Made by a program: the position numbers and the translations under genes
Source: Trichoplax adhaerens
Taxonomy: Eukaryota; Animalia; Placozoa
Assembly (NCBI RefSeq): GCF_000150275.1
Contig: NW_002060961.1
Location: 897,153-948,059 of the forward strand
Direction of reading: 5' to 3'
DNA: 50,907 bases
Shown: in pieces, positions 39,377 through 50,907 of the stretch
Numbering within the stretch: position 1 is the first letter of the stretch
How the letters are laid out: every line of letters starts with the position of its first letter
The notes under the pieces: generated by a model
What the model saw: the letters and a program-made list of their open reading frames with translations, nothing else
What the model was told of the DNA's origin: nothing
The model's database searches: none

Positions 39377-41563
39377 CAACGTGCTAGTTCAAAGCTACAT
39401 GCCAACTGTTGAACAACAGTTGGCATCCATAGCAAGGCTTGTAATAAAAATTCTGCACCACCTCTGTGACCGCTTGATAGTCACATTGATTCGATTTTAA
39501 TCTCGTCAATACTTGTAGAGCACTAATTACCTGTAGCTAGAAAAAGCTGACTATTAATTACCGATTCTTGTTGTTAACAACAGTAAGTTACGGCTTGAAG
39601 GCTCATTTTGTCCTATAAACCCAAATGATAGTTTGTATGCTAGGTGTCTCACTGGTTTACGTGGTGCATCGCTGTATTATTAATAGTGCTGTTTATCAGA
39701 CGTACCAAATTATCTGCTATTAATTAATAAAGACATTTTGTGAAATTTTTCCTACTGTATTGAGCCTATTTGAACAGATAGTTTGCTATCATTGGAGAAT
39801 ACGTAAGTCACTACATACTTTGGTTGAAGTTTTGCTCCGGATATTCAATCAGCATGCATTATATCCGCTAGTACGATCCAAAATGCAATAGCGTATGATG
39901 TGACTCGAGAACAGCGTTAAAACCACAGCAACGAGTCCTACTAACTAATCTGGAAATGACGGTTTATAGTCAACTAGACTAATAACGGGATAACAACATA
40001 ATCCAAGTTTTCGCCTCATTAGGGAGAAAAGATAGGTTCATTTCATCCACTTCAAGAAAATTTAGTAAAGTTAAAAAGGTAAAAATGGAACATCGAAACA
40101 AGTAATGTAAATGCTAGGCGTTAATAACTTCCAAGCAATGATACATTTGCAGTATGAATTCAGTGTATCGCAATAGCAATTTTAATCGAATACTACAGGA
40201 GATACGCAAAATACCCTTTACTGCATAATCCAATGAAGTAGCCAAAGTAATAAATAAACAAAAACAACAGTAACAATCTAATGTATTAAAAGTTATCAAT
40301 AAAATCTTACGCGATTACTGTATGCGCGTGGGTAGAACGGCAAGAGGACAATTTCAATGTCAACATGATCGAATACTTCCATGCTATGCGAATAATACAT
40401 CATTACTAAAATCATAAACAAGTTACGCAGTAGGCATTTTACAAGACTTAATTATTCAGTTTCATTAATCTTAAAAGCAAAAACGTTGTAAATCGTTCTC
40501 AACGGATCGAAAACAATCATTTGCAGTAACCATGCAATTATAGAAAGTGCGTATACGTCGTACATGAGATACAATACTGGACAAATTATGCCTAGGAATA
40601 ATCAACATCATGGCACGCCATGTAGAGTGAGATACAACAGTGAATCTCCATTCATTGATGTTATGAAAGAGCAAAACTAACTACATGAATAAAAAGAGAG
40701 AATCGGCTATCATATGCGATCTTTTGGTTATCTACTTTTTAACTAATTACAATATGCTTAGGTACTAATCATCATGCAAACTAGAACAGAGTAATGTGTA
40801 AGCGGTGTTCTATTCACTCCAACACTGGATTCAGAATACTGTATTAAAACAGACATATTCTTGTTGACATGATTTAGGAAGATGCTTTACATTAAAAACT
40901 TGCAAGATTTGTCTCAACGTTTTCATTCATCAGTTTTACGTTCTCATTGTGGTACGGCTTATTAATGGCATTTTCCGGTACTCTACCAATTCACATCTCC
41001 AGAAAATGGGATACATCTTTACAATAATACTCAACTTCATTGGGCAAATCCATTTTATCAATTCTTGCATTGAACAATATCTACGCAAGTTACTTGCACC
41101 ACAATTCAATAGATTTGCTAGACCAGCAGCTAATAGCCGTTCTATAAGGCACACTAAGCGTTTACATGTACCGTATACAATGCTCGTGTAAAATTGCTAA
41201 CAGCCACAGTCTAATATAATTAATACCTTAATGTTTTAACAGTACCAAATACGGCAGATAACCTGATTGGTTTGGTACAAAATAAGATACGTTAGCTTGC
41301 ATAGTAAACATGCTCAGCACAAAATGATAAAGGCTCGATTGCGCATCCCAGCTATAAGTACAATGTAATTAATCTCTTTTATCATGTGCATTTTAAATAC
41401 TTGATTGGTTCAACATAAAAAATTTACATTTGGTCAGCAACTACCTGACATATTTTACAGATTAATGATGCAAAATTAAAAATGTTTCGATGCCAATAAT
41501 GATCAATTTAGTAATTATTCCGTCATCTAAAGCCTAAATGGGTAACAATATTATCTCAGTTTA

Positions 41564-44500
41564 TTACCTATCATTTCTATCGTCCCATCTACTAGCCCTA
41601 CTACGTCGATCTCTTTTGCTATTATGAAAATTATCGTTATGACGTCTTTCTCTTTTACTACGACTTCCAAAATTTCTATCATCTTTCCTATCATGTATAC
41701 TATCTTCGTTACGATCGTCTCGGTAACGTTTCCTATTATCATGGTAACGATCCATTCTACGGTTGTCCGAATTGTCACTACTTTCTTCTGGTCGTTCTTG
41801 TATTGCTTGATTAACATTATTCTTAATATTATTACTACCACTAACGGTATTCCTATTCATTCTATTGTCATTACTACTTCCAAGTAATGGTGGATAAGGA
41901 TGTGAAGAGGAAGGGCCAAAATCTCCTCTAGGTCTTGCAGCCATAAGCGGTTGAGGAGGATTCCCTTGCAGGTCCATTGGAGGTATACTACTGGTAATGC
42001 TAGGCGGGTTAAAAGAAGGGAAATTTATTCCCATAGGATGACCTGGTCCCGGATGTATCGTTGGTGGTACTCCCATGGGTGGTGGAGCACGAAATTGTAT
42101 TGGAGGAGGCGGAGGAGCATTAAATCCGGCAGGAATTCCACCTTGTGGCCTTTGAACCATTAATCCTGTAGCATCAGGAATATTACTTTTCTCATTACTT
42201 TCAGTATCAATACTATTAATACCATTGCTATTCATGTCAACATTATTGGTATTATTATTGCCGCGCTGTAAAACTGGAATCCTCGATGCTGTCATACTTT
42301 CTGCATCATTATTGATATTTGGATAATATTCGTTAGTAGAGCCCATTTCGTTAACTGCAGAGGCATTCATACTAACGGCATCATCAACTGTTGTATTCAA
42401 AATAACAATAATAGAAATATGTTATTCACCAGCCAAACATGCATCAACAGTTCAAGTGGTTCAATAGCGAAAGCAGTCCTAATTAGTACAATAAAAATGT
42501 TCTATTTATCTCTTATTCATTCGTAAATGTAAAAACCTTTCTCTGGTACGATTGTTCCAGGCGGTAAAGTCTGGCGATCTACAAATCCACCCTCTTCTAA
42601 CATTTCCACATTGACAGACTTGTCTTTTAAAGCTGACCAGGGTATATATGATACTCCAAGTTCAACATTCCAACAATCTTTGAAACGACCTTTAATTCCC
42701 TTACCAGGCGCCCAAGCGACTTTGCAATTACTATTTTGAATTCGCAAACTTTGAAGATTTCTTACAGCTAGAACAGCACCCTCTCGCGACTGCATGCAAA
42801 CAAAAGCGCACCCTCGAGGCGGTATTAACTACAATCGAAGTGAAATTGCTGGTGTAAGCTTTATTATTTACAATTCAAGTTTAGTGTTTGAATAACGAAC
42901 TTGATAAAATACGTACGTCAATAGATTTTATAGAGCCAAATTGCTCAAAGGCCTCTGATATTCTATCCTGACCAACTGACCGTGGCAGATGCCCAACGAA
43001 AATAGTTCTACTACATACTATAATCAATAACAGCATCAATGTAAAATATAACTTCAATTATAGTACATACTACACAAATAATTCAATTAATGTTATAATT
43101 ACCAGTAATTTTATCTGGTTGAGATGGTGGTATAACATCAGGATCATCCGTTGAATATGAGCTCCCAGTTTGAGCCCTGCCTGATGATTTATCTTGCTCA
43201 TATGTATTAATGTTAGGTTCTCTAGGTGTACTATCGGTATTTGATGCATTAGCAAGGATTTGATGATACTGATTTAAAATTTCTGCTGGGTCAATTATAT
43301 CCATTTTACTATGAAATTTACAAGTAGATACGGAAAAAAGATATAAATAGAAATATTTTAAACTGAAAACTCACAAAAAAAGTAATTAGAAATCAATCGT
43401 TACCTTGTAGTAGTAGCTGCCTCAGATTGCCGTCTACTTTCTTCTTCAGCCAGGCGTTGCTTTTGTTCTGCTATTCTTGCAGCGTCATCTTCATCATCAC
43501 CGTAATCGAAGTCGTCAAGAAGATTCTGATAAAAATATGACAACACGTTATTTAAATGTAATAGGTCTCAGTTCTCAATCTATTGTTGTTATCGATTACA
43601 GTTTTTATTTATACTATATTACAGTGACAATTTTACGTTGTAACTTATACCCAATTTTGAATATCAGATTAGTATCATTATAACAAATACTCCCATCCAT
43701 CTAAATAGATACAATCAACAGTACAGTATGGTGGCTATTCACGCTAGGCTTACGTTTAATATGTGCGTATATACATTTATATAAATACAAGAAGAAAGGA
43801 TATTGTCCCTATTTAATTAACCCTATTCAATTAGTCTTAAAAGAAATGCTACTTGAGAAACCAACAAATTTGATACATTTATTACCAATTTATGTCATTA
43901 AAAGTTTACCTCTCGATTGTAAGATTTAGATTTGGACGCCAAAGTTGCAGCGCCAGCTCTTTTCAACATGTCCTTTAAAACTGAATTATCCAAAGATTGA
44001 ATATTTTTAAAAACATTTTGCTTTGAAGCAACTGAAGGGGTAGTGTTATCGCCACGAGCAGTTATACTTGTTTCTGCGGATATTTTCATGGAATCTTTAG
44101 TAATTTCTAAGACACGGAAAAAGTACATAATTATATTTTCAAGAACAGCTTACAAAGTACATATATTTAATAGTCGTTAATATTTTCAAGTTACCTTCGC
44201 CCAATCCCATAGTTAATAACGGTTGTGTAATATCCTCTTTGTAGATGCCGTTCTCAGTCCAAAGTTTTAGTACTCTGACAATTTTACTCTATATTGCAAA
44301 ATGTTGTAATTATATCACTAACAGCTATAACTGCACAACTTGGATAGGTTATCACACCAATGAATTTATTTATTAGCTAAAAAGCTGTACTATATGTGAA
44401 GTGTAACGAATTGATTATTCTGATATCATGCCAATACTAACCTTGTCATCATTACGACATTTATATAAATTTTCAAAGGTCTCGTTTATATTTTTACTGA

Positions 44501-47500
44501 ATCTAGGAGCGTACATGTCCTTTTCGTCACCATACTACAAATAGAAAAATCCCATAGAAATGCATTAACAAATATTGCCATATCTTCTAATGGCATTCAT
44601 TTCAATTTTTATACGAGTATGTATGCATACTTGAATAGTAGAAAATTACCGTTCATTTAGAATATACCATAGGCAAAAAGTAAATTTTAGAATCTTGGCA
44701 AGTTATTATTTTATACTGACAGCGTTTAAAATAAAGGGTTATAAGATTACCTGATATTTAGATTGGCGGATTATTGAATCCATAATATACAAGGCTGGCA
44801 ACTTATATTCAGGACCACACTGAAATTATAAGTTATAGAATCATAAGCGTACAATAAGATCGTAAAAAGAATCCATTGCGAGAACTTATATTCGGTAAGT
44901 CTGAATGAATTTCCAACTTCCAACAAAAATTATAACGTCATTTAACAATCTTAGCTCGAACTACAATCTGCGTTTATGATAAGTATTACAACTTTAAAAC
45001 TTCTCTTTAGTCTATATAAAAAGCTTTATTTGATTGAAATTTTTTCTTGAATACAATATGAACTGGGCAAAGATAATATCTCTATCAATGTACAACACCG
45101 GAATGATGAGATGCAGTTATTTTGTTGCAGTCAAAGTATCTTACCTTATGAATAAACTTTTCCAGATTCATTACAACATGCTTGTAGAACTAGGTAGAAA
45201 TGTAAACAACTCAATAAAGTTAACAACAGCTTTAACTAGCATGTCAATATGTACACAAATACTTATAAAATGGTTACACTATATCATTCATGAATTTATT
45301 CACTGTACAACGTAAGACATTTAGGGTATTATCAACTGTGAATAAATTTATAGAATGCGCAGCTTGTGTTTTAACATCTGCAAGACATTATGGAGTATCT
45401 TCTCGCCAATTTACTACAGCAATGGAGGAATTTTACTTTTCTAGAGTCGGTAATGTCTTTTTAAGCCTTGATATTTAAGGAAATTGGCTATAAATAGCGC
45501 GAGTTGCACTGCTTAGGGGTGCAAATTAATATATCACGACATGCTATTTACAGTAATCGAGCCAGTAGTACATGTAGTACATGTTAGAAGATGAAGTCAT
45601 AGGCAGAGCCTGTAAAGAAATTATTGAATAACAGATCATATCGTGCTAGGTCAAACTTACTCGCATAGCTCTCATTGCCGCCTTGGTCACACTGTGTACC
45701 TTACTACGAGACAGAGGTAACTTGGTCTGGTATACACTTCGCAGCTAGAAAAAAGTGAAAAGTTTAACAAAACATGAAATTAGTTGCCAACACATCACTG
45801 TACTTAACCCTTAAAGAGCATTGATTGATTAAACGATATTCAATCATTCCACGCTGTATCTACATTACTACTGCAAATAGTCGAATCGGTCCATTATAAT
45901 GAATTGTCCAAAAATTTGTAAATCAGTTTTCAGTTGTACAGATACAAACAGAACAGAATAGTATAATTAACTTTCGTACTTGATGATTGTTTCCATACTT
46001 CATAATTTAATATAAGATGAGTGACATGAATTTAACATTATCACTACTATCGACACGTGTTATGATATATGTATAAAGTAGACCTGCTGTCAACTTTTAA
46101 TTTCCCACCCAAAACCGGTATCAATGAGAGCAATATAGCTCGCTCTATTCAGTCAAGAAATACCGATTCATCATTACTGTACATTAGAGTCGAGTTTTGT
46201 CATTTAGTTCATTTAAATCCTACGCCAACACTGACATGTGACAAGATGTAGTAAATTTACTTTCAATTGTCAATTTCTTACGCAATAGCCAAGCATCAAT
46301 GCAAGCAATGCAGCCCTAGAAAATTCTCACGATACATTTTTCAGCGTTATATAGCCACTAATGAGTCACTAGCAACGTTATTAGTTTACAGTTACAGTAG
46401 TACCATATAGGGTTAAGAGAAAGCGTATGATTATCGCAGAAAAACATGTCTATAACGAGAAGTAGATAGCGAGATCGAATTAGATTGAATGGTTACAGTA
46501 AGGCAACATAAGCTTACTATTGTAGGCTTATTGGATGAAACTTTGTGGTGGCCTATCTAGCGTTCTTCTATTTCAGGAAATGGAAATGGACAGAATTCTG
46601 CATTCAATCTGCGTTTAACTTGACTCCAAATGCAACAGTTGACGTACGCAAGTAGAGTTTTGTGCTATGATGGGTAAACATTCAGTACTGTTTTCTTCTT
46701 CATAGCGTAATTAAACGGTAAAGATTGAATAGCTGTGGGTAATTTGAGGATGATCGACACTTTCCTTGCTCTCACTTTGAAGTATGAACTATCAGAAAGC
46801 CGTCAAAGTGACTTAGCCTAGTCAGCTAGCGTAAGTCGATATGACCAAGACCCTATGGGAAGGAGAGATTTTCGTCGTTTTATCATTGCATGGTGCGCTA
46901 TACATTAACACCTATAGTCGATTGCAAGACATCGGCCCAATTTTCAAGTAAATTTGTTGCGATCTATCTTATCATGGATCAATTACTGATCTATGCGCTA
47001 TTTCAAACTAGTCATGCTATAAATATGTAGCAATAACGACGGAAACCTTGGCAAATCTTCTAGCAGAATTTCCTTTACCCGGCCTAACCAAGGATGATGG
47101 CTAAACAGTAGGCAATACTCTTCAGACTACTAACTAAGAAACTGTCATCGTCGATCATCGCCTCCTGAAGAGAACTATATTACATAGCTACGATCGTTGA
47201 AGAAATGCTGTGCTGGGCTGATCAATCTAGACTTGATTTTGATGTCATCCTTGTTTGCTTTTTTGACATTTAGATGGCGATCTTGATTTGTATCAAGTTC
47301 AAATTACGTGACTGCGACATGACGATTGGATTGACTTGGCTAAGCCTATCCAAAACCCATACTGGCATTCTATAGTTGATCACAGAACCCAACTAGTTGT
47401 ATGTGCAATCCCTTGACTAAATAAAGACCCTAAGAAATGGTTGAACAAACTCTAACAAAGTCTGTATAATCCTCGATGACGATTGCCTCCTCAAAATAGC

Positions 47501-47971
47501 CAGTTTTGATGGACTTTTTGGATAGGACCTGAAGTGTGGCATGATCGAGTAGAGTACAAGCTCCAGGTGGACAGCGATCGTCCGTCATTCCCACATACAA
47601 ACTGACTAGAGCAATACAGCTGAATGGTGTATAGTACTGTCAACAGTCAACAACATGAGCTGCTGCCAACGGCTTCCACAGCGAAAATGGATTGGCAAGA
47701 AAAATGCAAGATGAATGTATATGCCATTTACTGAAAAGATGAGAGCAAGATTGGAATACTTTACAGTTGTCCATGCTATCTTTTACTGTAATATTCATTC
47801 ATTTGAAGTGAGCTAGCGTAGCATAGTGTACTTTTGATGTGTGTTGTCGATTGGAATACTAGACGTAGGGCTGGAGAAGGTACCTGATAGCGACGTGTGT
47901 GGTATTGGCTATCATCATCTTACCTCGCTACAGAATGACTGTAAAATTTCATTGGCTGAACCTTCTGACAT
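41564..47971 (-). CDS. SCAF4/SCAF8: SR-related CTD-associated factor 4/8 orthologue (CID + RRM + Pro-rich and R/D-rich tail), 12 exons, about 724 aa
   Basis: Exons 47924-47971, 45661-45744, 45145-45189, 44751-44819, 44442-44534, 44195-44288, 43910-44106, 43404-43525, 43103-43308, 42917-43017, 42537-42828 and 41564-42387 are phase-consistent. CID: FYKHVV..LEKFI.KC.PEYKLPALYIMDSIIRQS and KIVRVLKLW. RRM: VCSRTIFVGHL...IPPRGCAFVCM...KVAWAPGKGIK...GVSYIPW. Confidence 0.93.
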
Positions 47972-48479
47972 ACTGCCGTCAATGTGGATAGCGTACCCAA
48001 TCGATGAATATTAAATAGAATAAGTTAAGTTGGCAATAAAGGAAGGAAACAGTCTGCGTCTTGAGCAATGACTTTATGGAAAGCCAACTTCCATTCCAAT
48101 TCACGGTCCAATATTGTCAACTCGTCCACCCACGGCTACCTAAATCAATCCAATGCTAATACTGCCAATGTCTTCTTGGTAGTCTTGATCAATCAATACG
48201 TTTGCATCGACAATTAGAGCCTAAATGGAATCTCTTGAGCAGCCAATGGAGAGAGGAAAGAGAAATGGTTGGCGCTGGTCCTTCTGTTCTGTTGAATCTT
48301 TGTAGCAGGCTTTTGGGCTGCCACTGTACTGCACATGCGCACTGTCCATGCGTCCTGTAGACGGTGAGTCCCTTCTGGGCTTTCCAGTACGAACCCTGAC
48401 CGTAACAGTACCGTTCTGAACCGAACCGTGCCGCAACCGGTACGGTACAGAACGCAAAACAAGGAAAATGTCTCCAGGA

Positions 48480-49015
48480 CAGTGCACAGTACTGACGACT
48501 GCTACAGTACGTAGTACTGTAGCAGTCTATGACATGGTGTCGGGTACTTACTGGGCGTTCTATAGTACGTACTGTACAGTACGTCCACTGTTGAGGTCTA
48601 CCTTGAGTGTACAGTGTACAGTCAAGGTAAAAGTGGAGGCATTTCATACTCAACAGTACTGTGGACAGTGGACTGTACTGTACCTTGTATAGCACAATAC
48701 AGGATTGTATGTTGGCACGTGGACAAGCCATGCGTGCTACGCTCGACATTACTAGTTCAAGATGGGTCGGTCGTGCATGACCATTTGCAATGGCTTTACT
48801 GTGTAGTAAAAAAGACGAACAGTCTATGCTTCGGAACTAGTTGATGTACAGCCATCTTAGAACACCGATCTACAGTAGTACAAGATGATAGCGGCACCTT
48901 TTACCTTTTATCCTTCAAGATTGCATGGAGACTCATTGTACTGTACAGTGTACAGTACAACGTTTCTACAATGTACAGTATAAAACGTAGACTTACTGTA
49001 CTGTAGATACTGTAG
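48480..49015. repeat. TACAG/TACTG-rich low-complexity region upstream of SCAF4/8
   Basis: Dense acagtactg, tactgtacagta and gtgtacagtgtacag at 48480-48690 and 48935-49015. Confidence 0.65.
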
Positions 49016-49787
49016 GTTGCTAATAGTGACATTAGTTTTGCTATCCACATGATTTTCTATTCAGCCCAAGCCATGACATGCCGAGACCAGTGTTGACTAT
49101 GATGACGAAGAACAAATGCAAAAGGAATGTCACTAGTCAAGAGCGGACGCGGACTTGCTCCCTAGGCCAATACTGTACGTTGCTAATAGTGACATTAGTT
49201 TTGCTATCCACATGATTTTCTATTCAGCCCAAGCCATGACATGCCGAGACCAGTGTTGACTATGATGATGAAGAACAAATGCAAAAGGAATGTCACTAGT
49301 CAAGAGCGGACGCGGACTTGCTCCCTAGGCCAATACTGTACGTTGCTAATAGTGACATTAGTTTTGCTATCCACATGATTTTCTATTCAGCCCAAGCCAT
49401 GACATGCCGAGACCAGTGTTGACTATGATGATCAAGAACAAATGCAAAAGGAATGTCACTAGTCAAGAGCGGACGCTGACTTGCTCCCTAGGAGACCCAA
49501 TAATACTATATCGTCAACATGATTTTCTACTCAGCCCAAGCCATGACATGCCGAGACCAGTGTTGACTATGATAATCAATAACAAATGCAAAAGGAATGT
49601 CACTAGTCAAGAGCGGACGCTGACTTGCTCCCTACACCAATAACACTATATCGTCAACATGATTTTCTACTCAGCCCAAGCCATGACATGCCGAGACCAG
49701 TGTTGACTACGATAATCAACAACAAATGCAAAAGGAATGTCACTAGTCAAGAGCGGACGCGGACTTGCTCCCTAGACCAATACTGTA
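49016..49787. repeat. Satellite, 5 copies (periods 163, 163, 144, 140 bp)
   Basis: catgattttcta.tcagcccaagccatgacatgccgagaccagtgttgac starts at 49048, 49211, 49374, 49518 and 49658. Confidence 0.97.
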
Positions 49788-49853
49788 TCGTCTGTACCGT
49801 CTGTCTGTATCCGTCTCTTTTGTCACTTTTGGTCGCCAACCATCTTCTGCAAA

Positions 49854-49903
49854 NNNNNNNNNNNNNNNNNNNNNNNNNNNNNNNNNNNNNNNNNNNNNNN
49901 NNN
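49854..49903. other. Assembly gap (50 N)
   Basis: Run of N. Confidence 1.
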
Positions 49904-50907
49904 GTGTAGTTTGCTTGACGACATTATTCAAGCATGCAGTCCTGTATGCAATGGTTAGCCATTGCATGCTGTACAGTGTACAGTACAGTAGTACTGTACA
50001 GTAGTACTGTACAGTAAACTACTGTACAGTACACTACAGCATACTGTACTGTAGACTGTAGACTGTAGACTGGACGTGCTGGACGGATCCCATACAGTAC
50101 TGTACGACCGACGTACGCTGATGCCGATGAACGTGCGTTCAAACGCTGACCTGCACAACGTTGACGGCTCCCATTGTGGCCAAGGTTGTTATTGTTCTGG
50201 ACATCGTAGACTAACCATCGGCCCATTGGGCCCGAAGTCAATTTTTCAACCTTGCCTTGGCTATCTCCTCCGCTTGGATTGTAACCATCGGCCCACTGGG
50301 CCCGAAGTCATTTTTGCAAACTCTTGTTGGTGTTTACTCGTTGGCATCGATTATTGCAATTTTTGGACTTCAAGTTACTTCTTCCAACTCAAGTAATAGC
50401 GATATGGCGTTAAAAGCAGTCTGTTGTTTACAAGGACCTGTTGTCAGTGGTACTATCTTTTTCCAACAAGAGGTAAGGATTGCATAATGGAGAGGCAGCC
50501 AAGATGGGCTGCAAGGTGTGTGTGCCTTGTTGTTGACCGCCACATCAGCATGGTGTTGCAGCCTCGTTTCTTCTTCATATCCGCATTGCAATAAACGATC
50601 TAGAAATGCTCTATCTGGTTCTACCATTGATTTTTTCTTCAAACACATCCAACGTTGCTCATTTCTACCCCTTTTTCCAACAAGTTTACATGTGCTGATA
50701 TTGCAAAAATATCAGTACTACAGTCCTTGATCTCTTTGTGCCAGTGCCAATTTTTTCTGTCGTCCTCATCTTGTTTGGACTTCATTTTCCCAATGGCTTG
50801 GACTCTTGCTACCGCCGTGCTAAGATACTAGCGGATGCCGTAAAAACAAATAACATCTCATGTTACTGTCTTGATAACATGCAAGAAAAGTACAGTACAA
50901 CTCTTCA
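49904..50907 (+). repeat. Apparently identical copy of 36965-37968 (SOD1 upstream region, exon 1 and part of intron 1)
   Basis: Constant offset of 12,939 bp. All six-frame ORF translations in the two segments are identical. Confidence 0.97.
50404..50472 (+). CDS. SOD1: SOD1 exon 1, second copy (the gene presumably continues beyond the window)
   Basis: ATG GCG TTA AAA...CAA GAG|gtaagg, identical to 37465-37533. Confidence 0.85.

Noticed and set aside
41551-42163. Overlapping alternative-frame and antisense ORFs
   Set aside because: Shadows of the low-complexity last exon of SCAF4/8.
48189-48749. 186-aa ORF and neighbours; also ORFs at 36684-37457 and 49404-50396
   Set aside because: They arise from TACAG low-complexity or satellite DNA (rich in V, Y, C, T, S) and show no domain.

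Overview
Eukaryotic, intron-rich, AT-rich genomic DNA. Short GT-AG introns and expanded 42-aa TPR and Roc-COR genes suggest an early-branching animal, most likely a placozoan (Trichoplax-like); this is an inference. The window has three zones. (1) 1-10 kb: the 5' coding exon of a WDR37 orthologue (minus strand), several tandem or satellite arrays, and a possible fossil PIF1-type helicase. (2) 10.6-36.4 kb: a very AT-rich block in which all genes are on the minus strand. It holds two paralogous kinesin-light-chain/nephrocystin-3-like TPR genes, a complete 12-exon carnitine acyltransferase, a death-domain exon ending in a CaaX box (CVLL), and a decayed TPR-Roc-COR (ROCO) pseudogene. (3) 36.4-50.9 kb: a complete 5-exon Cu/Zn SOD1 (+) tail-to-tail with a 12-exon SCAF4/SCAF8 orthologue (-), the same arrangement as human SOD1-SCAF4. 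These are followed by a 163-bp satellite, a 50-N gap and an apparently identical second copy of the SOD1 5' region. All exon models were built by hand from splice sites and reading frames; no database searches were run. No tRNA, rRNA or CRISPR array was seen.
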